Notes: generated from the letters alone by a model not told the origin. Numbered from the stretch's first letter, positions 8,546-18,740 are shown. The stretch is 64,000 nt of DNA from a virus (IMGVR_UViG_3300040801_004793:32001-96000), one strand, 5' to 3'. Numbers and translations: made by a program.

Positions 8546-9257
8546 TAAAAAGCCTCTTTTTATTGGGGACATTCACTCCCGTTATTTAAATCTTCTAACT
8601 TTATTAGAGTCATTTCCTAAAGAAGAATATTTTTATATCTTTCTAGGAGATATCAATGACTCTAGGCTAGATGATGATCAAGCTAGTTTTAATTTTGTAT
8701 ACCAACTTATTAGAAATCTTTGTGATCAAAATCTTGCAGTACTAGTTCAAAGTAATCATCAGAAAAAAATTATTCGTTTTTTAGAGGGAAAAATAAGCAT
8801 TAACCAAGAGTCCGAAAAAACTCGACCTTTTCTAAAAACAGTAGAAAGTCTAGAAGAAAAAAATCTTATTACGATTCAGAGAGAGGAGGCAACTCTTTAT
8901 GCTAGATCTTCAACTCAAAATGAAGAAGTCTTGAAATGGTTTCAAGACCGCCCTTTTTATTTCAAATGTTTTTATGGAGGGGTAGAGTATGTAGCTGTTC
9001 ATGCGTATTATTCAACAAGCTTAAAAAACCCTCACCTTTTAAACTCTAAAGAAAAGTCTCTTTGTATCTATGGATTGATGCAAAAAGGAGAGAGAGTTAA
9101 ATGGTGGCCTCATTATCAGCAGAAGCCCTTTATAGTCTGCGGACACTACCATACAGTATTTTTATCGAACTATTGTGCGGTAGTTGATTCCGGTTGTGGA
9201 GAAGGAGGAAAATTAAGTGCTTTTAGTCCCTATCACGAAAAAATACTAGCCTTTTAA
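8505..9257 (+). CDS. Calcineurin-like metallophosphoesterase
   Basis: GDIHS, GDIND, SNH, VHA, GHYH, DSGC motifs. Confidence 0.88.
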   Translation: MLNSETLFKDFLSDKKPLFIGDIHSRYLNLLTLLESFPKEEYFYIFLGDINDSRLDDDQASFNFVYQLIRNLCDQNLAVLVQSNHQKKIIRFLEGKISINQESEKTRPFLKTVESLEEKNLITIQREEATLYARSSTQNEEVLKWFQDRPFYFKCFYGGVEYVAVHAYYSTSLKNPHLLNSKEKSLCIYGLMQKGERVKWWPHYQQKPFIVCGHYHTVFLSNYCAVVDSGCGEGGKLSAFSPYHEKILAF

Positions 9258-9260
9258 TCT

Positions 9261-9632
9261 ATGGATCATTTTAACCAGTTTATTGACTCCTATTTTGACC
9301 CCAGGGTTTTTATTTACGAAAGAAAAATAAAACCTAGAGAACAAATCTATGCTCTGAATTTAGACTCTGAGAATAAAATTCGGAGTTTCAGGTTAGATTT
9401 CAATAACCCAGAGAAGTTTAGAGTTTATACAATAGAGTTTGTAGATGAACACTCAATTCGTCTATATCAAATCGGTAATACACAAGATCCTTTAATATTT
9501 CTTAGAAAGGATTATAGGCCAGTGTTATCTTACCGAGGGCCTCACTGGTCTAATTGGAGTGCAGGAGCTTTATTTAATACCCTGCCTCTAACGCCGTTGA
9601 CTGAACAACCTCCTCAAGAACAGGAAGACTAA
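9261..9632 (+). CDS. Hypothetical protein
   Basis: ORF coupled (TAATG) to the next gene. Confidence 0.65.
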   Translation: MDHFNQFIDSYFDPRVFIYERKIKPREQIYALNLDSENKIRSFRLDFNNPEKFRVYTIEFVDEHSIRLYQIGNTQDPLIFLRKDYRPVLSYRGPHWSNWSAGALFNTLPLTPLTEQPPQEQED

Positions 9633-10537
9633 TGCTAACACATCTAACAAGCCTAGAAAGAATCAAAAATCGGGACATTCTAAATAACTACGAGATTTCT
9701 CTAATCTACGAGAACTCGCTGCCCTTTTTCAAATTTCACAGAGAGTTTTCTGCTAGTGGTGAGAGCCTATCTTTCATTATCGACCCAATAACTCCTAGTA
9801 TCTATAACCTGTGGAATATTTTAGAGAGTACCTTTTATCCTGCCTCTCTAAGCATTCTTACAAAGCTCGGTAAAAGTATTCAGAGCTGCTTTGAAAACGA
9901 GCAAGAGATGATTCAGCGTTGTTCTAGTGACGCTTCTTTTTTCCAAGCCACGATGGTGTCGGATGCAATTGTAAATGGATTTCGGTACCGAAATCTTCAG
10001 TTTGTTTCCGATACAGAAACAAGCTATAGTAAATCTCTCAAAATGAGGGGTAAAGTAGGTACCATTCCAATCTACAAAAAGCACATTCTTTTTAGTAGCT
10101 TTTTGACTAAAGTGGCTTTAGGTATCTATGACCAAGACCTCTATGATGCTATGGTAGCTGTGTTTCAAAACGCAGCAAATACTGAGTCAGGAGTTCTAGA
10201 ATATCTAGATTCTCTAATCTATAATCCTGAAACTAACCAGCTTGTACTAGGAGGAGTCTTCTTAGTTGAAGAGGATGGAGGTCTTAGACCCTGTAACCTG
10301 GGTCAGGCTCAAAGTGCCGTCTTCCAAGATAAAAAGGTGCTTCATGGTACGGTGTCTTTTTCGGATCTTATTTCTTCGGGCCAAGAAATGGAAAATTTCT
10401 TGACACCCCTGACTAAAGAAGTTATTATGGGTACAGTACCGAAGGGAGTTCTCTCCCCAGAAGAGCTTCAGCAGAGGATGAGTAATCCTGTAACTGAAGT
10501 AAATCAAACTTTGGTTCTGGACCCCTGCTACGTGTAA
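9632..10537 (+). CDS. Hypothetical protein
   Basis: 301-aa ORF with no recognised motif. Confidence 0.75.
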   Translation: MLTHLTSLERIKNRDILNNYEISLIYENSLPFFKFHREFSASGESLSFIIDPITPSIYNLWNILESTFYPASLSILTKLGKSIQSCFENEQEMIQRCSSDASFFQATMVSDAIVNGFRYRNLQFVSDTETSYSKSLKMRGKVGTIPIYKKHILFSSFLTKVALGIYDQDLYDAMVAVFQNAANTESGVLEYLDSLIYNPETNQLVLGGVFLVEEDGGLRPCNLGQAQSAVFQDKKVLHGTVSFSDLISSGQEMENFLTPLTKEVIMGTVPKGVLSPEELQQRMSNPVTEVNQTLVLDPCYV

Positions 10538-10549
10538 AAAAAGGAGATT

Positions 10550-11470
10550 ATGGCTGCAACCACGAAAAAAGGTAGTTTCTTTAAAACTTTTGCAGTTCAA
10601 GAAGCTACCCGAGTTCAAAAGAAGGTTAAAGCTCTTATCTCTGGTCCCTCCAACGCCGGAAAAACGTTGGGCTCTTTGTTAATTGCAAAGGGCCTAACAA
10701 ACTCCGGTAAAGTTCTAATGGTGGATTCAGAGAGAGGCAGATCTAGTCTTCATGTAAGAGATGAAAATCTAGGAGACTGGTCTTGGGATGCGGCTTATAT
10801 GGCACCTGAAGACTTTTCCCCAGATACTCTAATCTCCGCTATTAATGAAGCTAAAGCATACGACTACCAAGCTATTATCATTGACAGTTTTTCCCATGAA
10901 TGGGACTATATTAAAAACTGGCAAGTTGAATTAGGGGGTAGATACACAGACTGGAAAATACCTAAGGCCGAACACGCAAAATTTGTTCGAGCTATGATTG
11001 GAGCGGACATTCATATAATTATGACGCTCCGGTCTAAAATGGAGTATGTTCAAAGTTACAACGATAAAAATAAAGCTAAAGTAGAAAAGTTGGGGTTATC
11101 CCCTCAAGGTGATCAAAACTTCCTATATGAAGTAGACTTCCATTTTGCAATTAATGAAAATCATATTGCAACTATGGATAAGACAGCACAAGGCTTGTTT
11201 TCTGACCCCTCTCAGTTTAAAATTACTGAAGATGTTGGTCACCAACTAAGAGCCTTTGCTGAAGAAGGAGAAGATCCCGAAACTCGAACAAAGAAAAAGT
11301 ATATTTCTAAAATAAGAACTATACTTTCTGATTATATGAGTTTGGAAGATCGAGAGATTCCAGATATCCCTGGAACTGATTTTAGTTATGAGAGTCTACT
11401 CAGTATGTCTCTCTCAGAGTTAGAAACCGTAGGTAAACAGTTAAAAGAAGGACTACAAAATGCTAGTTAA
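10550..11470 (+). CDS. Sak4-like (AAA_24) ssDNA-annealing ATPase
   Basis: GPSNAGKT, IIIDSFSHEW, YEVD; AGGAG RBS; adjacent to SSB and exonuclease. Confidence 0.85.
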   Translation: MAATTKKGSFFKTFAVQEATRVQKKVKALISGPSNAGKTLGSLLIAKGLTNSGKVLMVDSERGRSSLHVRDENLGDWSWDAAYMAPEDFSPDTLISAINEAKAYDYQAIIIDSFSHEWDYIKNWQVELGGRYTDWKIPKAEHAKFVRAMIGADIHIIMTLRSKMEYVQSYNDKNKAKVEKLGLSPQGDQNFLYEVDFHFAINENHIATMDKTAQGLFSDPSQFKITEDVGHQLRAFAEEGEDPETRTKKKYISKIRTILSDYMSLEDREIPDIPGTDFSYESLLSMSLSELETVGKQLKEGLQNAS

Positions 11471-11909
11471 TGGATTGTTCCGAGTAATGTCTAAGTCTCA
11501 AGGGGAAAACCTACCCCTAGAGCCTTCTACAGTATCCACTAAAAATGGGGAAACTAAAGTTCTTAATCTTCAAGTAGTAGATTACTGGACTCCAGACCAG
11601 TATTCTTCTATGAGAATTAAAGTCGCTGTGTGGGGCGATAGGGCTCAAACTTTTGCAGATGTTCTTCAGCATAATGCCGCACTTTATATTGCCGGAGAAA
11701 TGCACTTTGAAGAATATGAAGGAAGAGTGCCCGATAGTGAGTTGACCGTTAAAAAGTTTTCTCCGATTTTTTCTAGGGTGTTTGAAATTCGTCCCGTTGA
11801 CGTTACGAAGACTTCTACTGGAGGGGAAAGGTCTGAACCTGAAACTTCTATCGCAGAAAAAGCGGCTTCCGCTGCAAGAAAAACAGAGGAAGATGACGTT
11901 CCGTTCTAA
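11460..11909 (+). CDS. ssb: Single-stranded DNA-binding protein
   Basis: OB-fold pattern (VAVWGDRA..YIAGEM) and acidic DDVPF C-terminus. Confidence 0.88.
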   Translation: MLVNGLFRVMSKSQGENLPLEPSTVSTKNGETKVLNLQVVDYWTPDQYSSMRIKVAVWGDRAQTFADVLQHNAALYIAGEMHFEEYEGRVPDSELTVKKFSPIFSRVFEIRPVDVTKTSTGGERSEPETSIAEKAASAARKTEEDDVPF

Positions 11910-11920
11910 GTTCTAATTAC

Positions 11921-11942
11921 AGGGGGAGCTTTGACTCCCCCT
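11921..11942 (+). terminator. Stem-loop after ssb
   Basis: AGGGGGAG-6nt-CTCCCCCT. Confidence 0.55.
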
Positions 11943-11960
11943 ATCACTTAACTTTTAAAA

Positions 11961-12833
11961 ATGAGTATTGTAAGAAAAACTATTGATCACAATCGGGTCT
12001 ATGTAGACGAAACAACAGGAAGAGGTTACCACAGCGTAACCACAATCATCAGCAAACTAGCAACCGACAAAAAAGCCCTTCAAAAGTGGAAGGAAGACGT
12101 TGGTCATGAAGAAGCCGCTCGTATTTCTCAGTCAGCTAGTAGTTTAGGAACTAAGGTTCATACAGTCAACGAGAGGTATCTCAAAAAAGAACCTATTGAA
12201 GAAAAGTATCAAGAACAAAAAGATGTCATGTCTCGACATCAATTGTATTTGCCTTTTCTTGAAGATGTTAAGCCCATGATGATTGAAGAAAAAATTATCT
12301 GGGAGACACTTTTAGACCATGAAACTGGTGAGTATATTGGTTTTGGAGGAACGCCTGACTTAGTAGGCGTATATAACCGGCCAGATAAAATTATTGGTCT
12401 AGAGAAGGAAAAACCCTTCCCTTTTCTTCTGGATTTTAAAAATTGGAGATCCTCTAAAAGTGCAGATAAATTAGTTTCTTACTGCCTACAACTTGCAGCT
12501 TATACAGCAGCCGTAAATAGAACTATCTTACAAGGGCCACGCATTCAAGACGCTTTTATTTTAGGAACAACACCTAAAAAACTTCACATTTACTATCTAA
12601 GCTCCCGAGAGTTAAATTGGTACTGGGTGTGGTTTAACGAAATTCTTCGCAAGTATTATGGTCACTCTTCTCCCTACGAATTAAAAAATCTAATGGAATT
12701 TAGTGTAGGGTATAAATTTGAAGGGAAAAATGAAGAGGGTAAAAACATTTGGGGATCTAGGGAAGAAAACTACCTACCGAAAAAACTCTCTTTTGATTTA
12801 GATTTAGATGAGGAAGAAATAGAAGAATCCTAA
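11961..12833 (+). CDS. PD-(D/E)xK exonuclease
   Basis: YHSVTTII, GTKVH, GGTPD, LDFK, QLAAY. Confidence 0.88.
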   Translation: MSIVRKTIDHNRVYVDETTGRGYHSVTTIISKLATDKKALQKWKEDVGHEEAARISQSASSLGTKVHTVNERYLKKEPIEEKYQEQKDVMSRHQLYLPFLEDVKPMMIEEKIIWETLLDHETGEYIGFGGTPDLVGVYNRPDKIIGLEKEKPFPFLLDFKNWRSSKSADKLVSYCLQLAAYTAAVNRTILQGPRIQDAFILGTTPKKLHIYYLSSRELNWYWVWFNEILRKYYGHSSPYELKNLMEFSVGYKFEGKNEEGKNIWGSREENYLPKKLSFDLDLDEEEIEES

Positions 12834-12874
12834 ACCCATCCGATAAAAATCCCCAAAGTCTCTCTTAAATACGT

Positions 12875-12883
12875 TGGTAGTAT
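12875..12883 (+). promoter_or_regulatory. Extended -10 promoter upstream of primase
   Basis: TG-G-TAGTAT. Confidence 0.4.
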
Positions 12884-12909
12884 AGAAACACTCTTAAAAT
12901 TACCAACCA

Positions 12910-13839
12910 ATGTTTAAAATTCTTAAATACCTGTCTAGACTTAAAATCGTTAAAGAAAGTGATTCTCACTATACGTGTATCTGCCCCGTCTGTGGAGACG
13001 ATAATTTTAAAATCAATAGAAGAGGAAGATACGTAGGAGCTTATAAGTGTTGGTCTAATCTATGTTCTAACACAGAGGTTAAAGATCATTTAGGCTACAA
13101 AGAATTTGCTCCACCACCTCCAAAGCATAACTATATTACTAAACTTAAACCTCTTCCAGTTTCTTTTCGTGGATCTTCTGTTGTTACATGCCCTAATTAT
13201 ATTCCCATTAAATCAGTAATAACTAGATATATCGGTAATTACTGTACGAAAGAAACCATTTATCAGTACTCCAATACTCAAAGAGTTCTAAGAATAGATA
13301 ATCTAGACACTCAAACAAAGTACGTATTTATTCAAACTAGGCAAGAAGACTTTACCTGGTCTTCTGGTATGGGTTCAGAAACGTGGCCTATTTATAAAAG
13401 AGGTCTGGAAAATATAATCTCAGACCCAAATTTTGACACTTTAATTGTGGTAGAAGGAGAAAAAACAGCAGAAGCTTTAAAAGAAAAAGGCCTTGCGGCA
13501 ATTACTTTTGTAGGCCCTTCTTTTCATAGCCCGTTAAACAAAACTCTCCTCGTATTCAAAAGCCTCTACCCTCATATTAAAAACTTTTTATACTGTCCAG
13601 ATTATGATGAGCCGGGAGAAAAGAAAGCTCAAAGACTTAGAGAAGAATGTTGGAGAGTCGGTTTAGCCTGTGACATTCTTGGTATTGAAGAAATAGTTTC
13701 TTCGCCTGAACCTGGAATGGATCTTGCAGACGTAGACGAAAATACTATTAAAACTTTTATACAATATGTTACAGGAAGATATTCAGTTAGTTTTAGAGGA
13801 ATACAAGAGAGACGTACAGAATTATGCGGAACAAACTGA
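12910..13839 (+). CDS. DNA primase (Zn finger + TOPRIM)
   Basis: CPVC...C...C zinc finger; VVEGEKTA; PDYDEPG; G.DLAD. Confidence 0.88.
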   Translation: MFKILKYLSRLKIVKESDSHYTCICPVCGDDNFKINRRGRYVGAYKCWSNLCSNTEVKDHLGYKEFAPPPPKHNYITKLKPLPVSFRGSSVVTCPNYIPIKSVITRYIGNYCTKETIYQYSNTQRVLRIDNLDTQTKYVFIQTRQEDFTWSSGMGSETWPIYKRGLENIISDPNFDTLIVVEGEKTAEALKEKGLAAITFVGPSFHSPLNKTLLVFKSLYPHIKNFLYCPDYDEPGEKKAQRLREECWRVGLACDILGIEEIVSSPEPGMDLADVDENTIKTFIQYVTGRYSVSFRGIQERRTELCGTN

Positions 13840-15352
13840 AAAGATTCGAAGGGATTATATTCTTCAGTACATTTATGATAAGTATAGAGATACTCTAGGA
13901 TTTTTACCCAGTTTAATTAAGTCTCACGCAGCTATTGTTAGTAGCCCGACTTCAGAAGAAGATAACGAAAGAAAAATCTATTCTATTTCTTCTCTAATTG
14001 GCCTTCATCATACCACCCCTCAGTGGCTAGTACCTAATCTTTTAGGAGACGGGGGAGGGTTATATCTTTGTAGTGGTAAACCAAAAACGGGAAAAACTTT
14101 AATTTTTGGTTATCAATTGGCCTATAGTCTAGCCGTTTCCGGTGAGTTTTTGGGTTTACCTTGTAAAAAGGGTAAAGTTCTTTTCTTTGAAGCTGAAGAA
14201 CCAATAACAACAATTATTAAAAGATTTAGAACTAAGGGCTTTAATCCTAAAGTCCCCAATGAGGATGTACAGAAAGCTCTCAGAGAAGATGCTATTCGAA
14301 TAGAAAGACAATTTAAAATAGATGCGGATTTATCTTATTTACGATCTATTGTTGAAGACTTTCAACCGTCTCTTGTTATCTATGATAGTTTGAGAAGAAT
14401 TACCTCTCATATAGATACTTCTGAAAACGATGCTAAATTCGCATCCTTTTTATATACCCTTCAAGCTGTTCACAATTATCTGGAAGTTCCGGGCGTAGTA
14501 ATTCACCACAATAATAAGAGTGGGGAAGGATTAAATAGTGTCTCTGGTAGTGGTGGTATACCAGGGGCAACCGATGGAATTATTTTACTAAATCCCAGTA
14601 CAGAATATTCTGGACATGCTGTAGATATACAAACTGTACCCAGAGAGGGTTTCCCCATTAAAATGACCGTGCAGCGGGGGAAAGACACTTACGGTTTTTG
14701 GCATTATAAAACTATAGAAGTTAAAGGCGTTAGCCCCGATGTATTAAAGTGGGAAAAAAGAATTCTCAGACGATTAGTACTAAGCCCGGAAAGTAAGTTT
14801 ACCTCTGAGCAACTACGTGAGTGCCTACAAATTACAGATGCTAGTTCTGCTCTGTTTAATATTGCATTAGAAAGACTTTCCGACAGTTATCAAATTATGG
14901 AGGATTTTGATGACGAAATTAGGAGAGTTTACTGGGTCTCTGCTTCTAGTGCGTGGGTCTCTTCTACTTTTGCTTCTGCTGCCCTGGCCCAAGAAATTGA
15001 AGATGCTGAAAAATTATTACAATGTCAAACCGCAAGTGATGTACTATCTCTAACTTCAAACTGGAAAGTAAAAGATCCTTCACATAAACAAAAAGTTTGG
15101 GAATTATTAACTCCCACAGAAAGAAACGCGATAAGAAGTCTTCTTAACCCTCCGGCTTTTAATGAAGGTGATTGGGTAAGAAACGTAGAAACTCAAGAAC
15201 CTTTTAAAATTACTGAAAAAAGGTGGCATCCAGATGAAGGTTGGTTCTATGAAGTTGAAGGAAAATCTGAAATTTTTGCTGAAAACTGTTTTGAAAAGCA
15301 CCCCGATTATGAAGACTCTCGCTCTTTATCTTTGATAGAAACAAATTTTTAA
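13766..15352 (+). CDS. RecA-family (AAA_25/RepA-like) replicative helicase
   Basis: GKPKTGKT, IYDSL, IHHNNK, SGSGG; follows the primase. Confidence 0.85.
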   Translation: MLQEDIQLVLEEYKRDVQNYAEQTEKIRRDYILQYIYDKYRDTLGFLPSLIKSHAAIVSSPTSEEDNERKIYSISSLIGLHHTTPQWLVPNLLGDGGGLYLCSGKPKTGKTLIFGYQLAYSLAVSGEFLGLPCKKGKVLFFEAEEPITTIIKRFRTKGFNPKVPNEDVQKALREDAIRIERQFKIDADLSYLRSIVEDFQPSLVIYDSLRRITSHIDTSENDAKFASFLYTLQAVHNYLEVPGVVIHHNNKSGEGLNSVSGSGGIPGATDGIILLNPSTEYSGHAVDIQTVPREGFPIKMTVQRGKDTYGFWHYKTIEVKGVSPDVLKWEKRILRRLVLSPESKFTSEQLRECLQITDASSALFNIALERLSDSYQIMEDFDDEIRRVYWVSASSAWVSSTFASAALAQEIEDAEKLLQCQTASDVLSLTSNWKVKDPSHKQKVWELLTPTERNAIRSLLNPPAFNEGDWVRNVETQEPFKITEKRWHPDEGWFYEVEGKSEIFAENCFEKHPDYEDSRSLSLIETNF

Positions 15353-15358
15353 AAGGTC

Positions 15359-15472
15359 ATGAAAAATAATTCTTCTGATAAAAAATTAACCTTTTTAATT
15401 TTAACTCTCGGCTATCTTTTTATTATGACGATGATTGTTGGTTTATATTTCTGGGGTAGTTACTTATGTTAG
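15359..15472 (+). CDS. 37-aa single-TM protein, not in the ORF track
   Basis: MKNNSSDKKLTFLILTLGYLFIMTMIVGLYFWGSYLC*; fills the gap and overlaps the pol start. Confidence 0.5.
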   Translation: MKNNSSDKKLTFLILTLGYLFIMTMIVGLYFWGSYLC

Positions 15473-17709
15473 TAGTAGACAGCCAATACTTAGAAGAGTG
15501 GGAGAATGCCGAAGACGAAGTAGACGAAGATGACAATTACGAAACCGTTATCTATCAGCCTACTCTTTTTGAGTATTTTGAAGAAGATAATACTTCTATA
15601 GATCCGAATATTATCTTTATTTCAGATTCTAGGTGGTCGAGCGCTTTAGAAGAATTCAGGGCTTGCTCTATTTTTGCTTTTGACATTGAGACTTACGGAG
15701 CAGAGTCCTGGCACCCCTTATTTTTCTATAAAAATAAAATAAGACTTCTTCAAGTAGGTCTTCCTAGTGGAATTTGTCTAATGGCAGATCTAGGAGGTTG
15801 GTTAAATGAAAGTCCCAAGGAAACACTAAAAGAATACTCTGAGTTCCTAGATATTCTAGGTCAGAAACTTTTTGATCCCGCTGTGCCAGTAATAGGTACC
15901 AACCTAAAGTTTGACTTTACTACCGTTAGGGAGCATTTTGGGTTTATCGGTCGTCAGGCAAGAGATCTTATGATTTTGAGTCAAATTCTCTGGGCTGGAG
16001 TAGCCGTAGAGAAAGCAAAAGCTGGTGAGAATAGAGCAGAAAGATGCAAAATCTCACACGGTTTTAAAGCTATTGCTGAAAGACTCGGTTTTGGAGAAGT
16101 GGATAAAACACAGCAGTCCTCTAACTGGGGCTGGAAGCTTTCCAATAAACAATTCAATTACGCAGCAAAAGACGTATTGCTGGCCCTTGAAATCTACAAA
16201 AAGATGAAAGACCTAGTTGTAGCTGAAGGTCTAAAATATACGGCTTTTGTTGAGTGCAACGCGGTTTCTGTTTTTTCAGAGATGGAGTTTAGGGGGGCCC
16301 CGGTAAATATAGAACTTGCTAAAGAACTCTATAAAGACTACGAAAAAGAAAGAGACGAGTGGGTAGTTAAATTTCAAGAACATTTTCCAGAAGTTCTTTG
16401 GACAAGCAACAAACAGGTATTAGAGGCTTTTATAGAAAAAATTCCGGGTTTTTTAGATATCTTTAAAGAGGGAGAAAAACCCTCTGTTTCTGCCGAAGTC
16501 CTAAACCAATTAGATCATCCAGCTTGTGTAGCTCTTCTCTATTCCAGAATGCTCACAACCTCGATGAACAATATTAAGATCTACATAGAAAATTCTTTTC
16601 GTGGATCAATTAGAGGCTTCTATAGACAAATTGCTCCCGGTGGTAGTGGTAGAACGACTTGTTCTGCAAAGCTGACGGTTAATAACAGGAGCTATAAATT
16701 AGGAGCACAACTTCAAAATCCTCCTAATATGATTCGTCAGTTTAAGGGTAAATTAAGACCTGTAAGAGAAATTATCCAAGCTCCAGAGGGGTATGTTTTC
16801 GGCATTTTTGATGGGGCTCAGATGCACATGAGAATTGCTAGTCAACTGAGCCGAGACCCCGTTCTAGTAAAAATCTTTCAGGATGATTTTGATGGTCACA
16901 GCCTTCTGGCCTCTACTCTGGCTAAACAAAGTGGTAAAAACTGGACCCCAGAGTTTATATCTGGAGTATTAGGAAAAGGACCGCGAGATGAAAAGTGGAA
17001 TCTAGATAAGGATAGGGCTAAGCCTTCCGATGAAGAAGAGAGTGCTTGGCTACCTAAAATTGTTGGTACTTGTAAGGATTTTCGAGATAAATCTAAAACA
17101 GTTCTATATAGCTGTCTTAACGGTAGTACGGCAGGAAGAATTACTAGTAGTATGATTTCTGACGGTTTGGAGTGGTTTACCTATGATCATGGTAAAGAGT
17201 TGTTTAGTAACTTTAAAAGAATTTATCCAAATCTAGTAGAGTTTATATCTGGTCGATATGACGCTATTAATAGAACGTCCCATGACTTTTCTGGTTTTAA
17301 AACACACGATGGAAAACCAGTAGAGGGTCTGTGGGGCAGAATGAAAACTCTCACAGGTAGAATAATTTACTACAAAAAGTATCCAAGCCGCTTTAAGAAG
17401 GGGCAATTAGAGGTGTCTTACACAGATGCTACAGCTTCTAATTGGTTGCTTCCTGAAGCCGACATGATTAAGGCTTGGTCTGTAGAAGTCTTTAATCTCT
17501 TCTTGGACAACCCCAAATGGGAAGCATATATTTGCAATTTGGTTCATGATGAGATTAACGTTGTTATCAAGGAGGAGTACGCTTTAGAAGCAGCAATTCA
17601 AATACGAGAAAAAATGAGGCAGGTTTTTGGCCGTTGGTTAACAGTCATTCCTCCTCTAGAAGAAGCCGACCCTAAAAGCTTTATTTGTCAAAATTGGAGT
17701 CAGAAATAA
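15466..17709 (+). CDS. polA: Family A DNA polymerase with 3'-5' exonuclease
   Basis: Exo motifs FDIET, NLKFD, YAAKD; GRTTCS, LQNPP; motif A DGAQMHMR, motif B RDKSKTVLYSCLNG, motif C VHDE. Confidence 0.93.
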   Translation: MLVVDSQYLEEWENAEDEVDEDDNYETVIYQPTLFEYFEEDNTSIDPNIIFISDSRWSSALEEFRACSIFAFDIETYGAESWHPLFFYKNKIRLLQVGLPSGICLMADLGGWLNESPKETLKEYSEFLDILGQKLFDPAVPVIGTNLKFDFTTVREHFGFIGRQARDLMILSQILWAGVAVEKAKAGENRAERCKISHGFKAIAERLGFGEVDKTQQSSNWGWKLSNKQFNYAAKDVLLALEIYKKMKDLVVAEGLKYTAFVECNAVSVFSEMEFRGAPVNIELAKELYKDYEKERDEWVVKFQEHFPEVLWTSNKQVLEAFIEKIPGFLDIFKEGEKPSVSAEVLNQLDHPACVALLYSRMLTTSMNNIKIYIENSFRGSIRGFYRQIAPGGSGRTTCSAKLTVNNRSYKLGAQLQNPPNMIRQFKGKLRPVREIIQAPEGYVFGIFDGAQMHMRIASQLSRDPVLVKIFQDDFDGHSLLASTLAKQSGKNWTPEFISGVLGKGPRDEKWNLDKDRAKPSDEEESAWLPKIVGTCKDFRDKSKTVLYSCLNGSTAGRITSSMISDGLEWFTYDHGKELFSNFKRIYPNLVEFISGRYDAINRTSHDFSGFKTHDGKPVEGLWGRMKTLTGRIIYYKKYPSRFKKGQLEVSYTDATASNWLLPEADMIKAWSVEVFNLFLDNPKWEAYICNLVHDEINVVIKEEYALEAAIQIREKMRQVFGRWLTVIPPLEEADPKSFICQNWSQK

Positions 17710-17711
17710 TC

Positions 17712-17903
17712 ATGGCTAAAACAGTTCAAAGATCTTCCAGTAAATCTGGCACTACTATTTTTAGGTGCCCTACTTGCATTTCTCGTAAGTCACCTGCTGT
17801 AATCTTTCAGTTGGGTCTTCACGGCGGTATTGTACATAATGTACTAAAAAGTGGAAAGAGACGCTGCACTTGTTGTGGAAACGTTTCGGGTTCACCTACT
17901 TAG
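17712..17903 (+). CDS. Small zinc-ribbon protein
   Basis: CPTC ... CTCCG. Confidence 0.6.
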   Translation: MAKTVQRSSSKSGTTIFRCPTCISRKSPAVIFQLGLHGGIVHNVLKSGKRRCTCCGNVSGSPT

Positions 17904-17918
17904 TCTTTTGTCTTAACA

Positions 17919-17941
17919 AAGAGGGGCCTTAAACCCCTCTT
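17919..17941 (+). terminator. Stem-loop terminator
   Basis: AAGAGGGG-CCTTAAA-CCCCTCTT. Confidence 0.6.
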
Positions 17942-17960
17942 AACTATACATCTAAAAATT

Positions 17961-18725
17961 ATGTCCCAGCAAGAAATAGAAAATCTTCTAAATATTCTAG
18001 AGACTTACTCACAAGGCGTTTTGCATTCTTTTGAATCTCGCATAGGATGGGGTTCTTTCCCAACTTCTATAGCAATTCCTTCCTATGCACCCGATGGAAT
18101 GGTTCAGGTGCCTAGTGACTACGCTGAAATGACTGGTGTTGTTTCAGAGTATGCTCGACATCTACATGCCTTAAGAAATGCTGGTGTAGCTTATAATGCT
18201 TTTGCACAAAGCACTGTAGAAACTAATGAAACAGATTTACTGGAAGCTAAACAAACGACTAAGAGTTTATTCGATATTTCTGAAGTAACTTATACTTCCA
18301 ATAACCATAAGATGCTTATTCTTTTTACAAAGAATTTGTTTATTACGGATATTGATCAGGAAGAAGATCTTACAAAAGAACAGATTTTGTTATTTCTAGA
18401 GAATCACCCGCTTTTTAAATTCTTTAGAATATACGAAACTTTTAAAGGTTATAGGGTCTTTTATACTTACGGCCCACTTCCGGTAAATTTGAAATCTCTG
18501 TGTTTACTCGCGGCACTTAAATCTGATTTCAAATATCAGGCGTATGTATCTACGAGCTTTAGATACGCAGCTAGACTCACTTCTAAACATAAAAGAACTG
18601 AGTCTCCGGTATGTAGACTAGTTCATCCGGGATTAATGCCCTCAGACTATGGGTTGCAAATTGTAATTAAAGTACATGATTCATTTACACTTCCTTCTGT
18701 TTATAAGTTTTACCCGGACAAATAG
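17961..18725 (+). CDS. Hypothetical protein, possible AEP/PrimPol-like fold
   Basis: hhhDID, RIYET.KGYRVF, D.KY, ARLT.K pattern. Confidence 0.45.
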   Translation: MSQQEIENLLNILETYSQGVLHSFESRIGWGSFPTSIAIPSYAPDGMVQVPSDYAEMTGVVSEYARHLHALRNAGVAYNAFAQSTVETNETDLLEAKQTTKSLFDISEVTYTSNNHKMLILFTKNLFITDIDQEEDLTKEQILLFLENHPLFKFFRIYETFKGYRVFYTYGPLPVNLKSLCLLAALKSDFKYQAYVSTSFRYAARLTSKHKRTESPVCRLVHPGLMPSDYGLQIVIKVHDSFTLPSVYKFYPDK

Positions 18726-18740
18726 GGTTTTTAATTTCTG

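Noticed and set aside
11961-12833. Cas4/CRISPR adaptation gene
   Set aside because: It lacks the four-Cys Fe-S pattern and sits in a Sak4-SSB recombination module.
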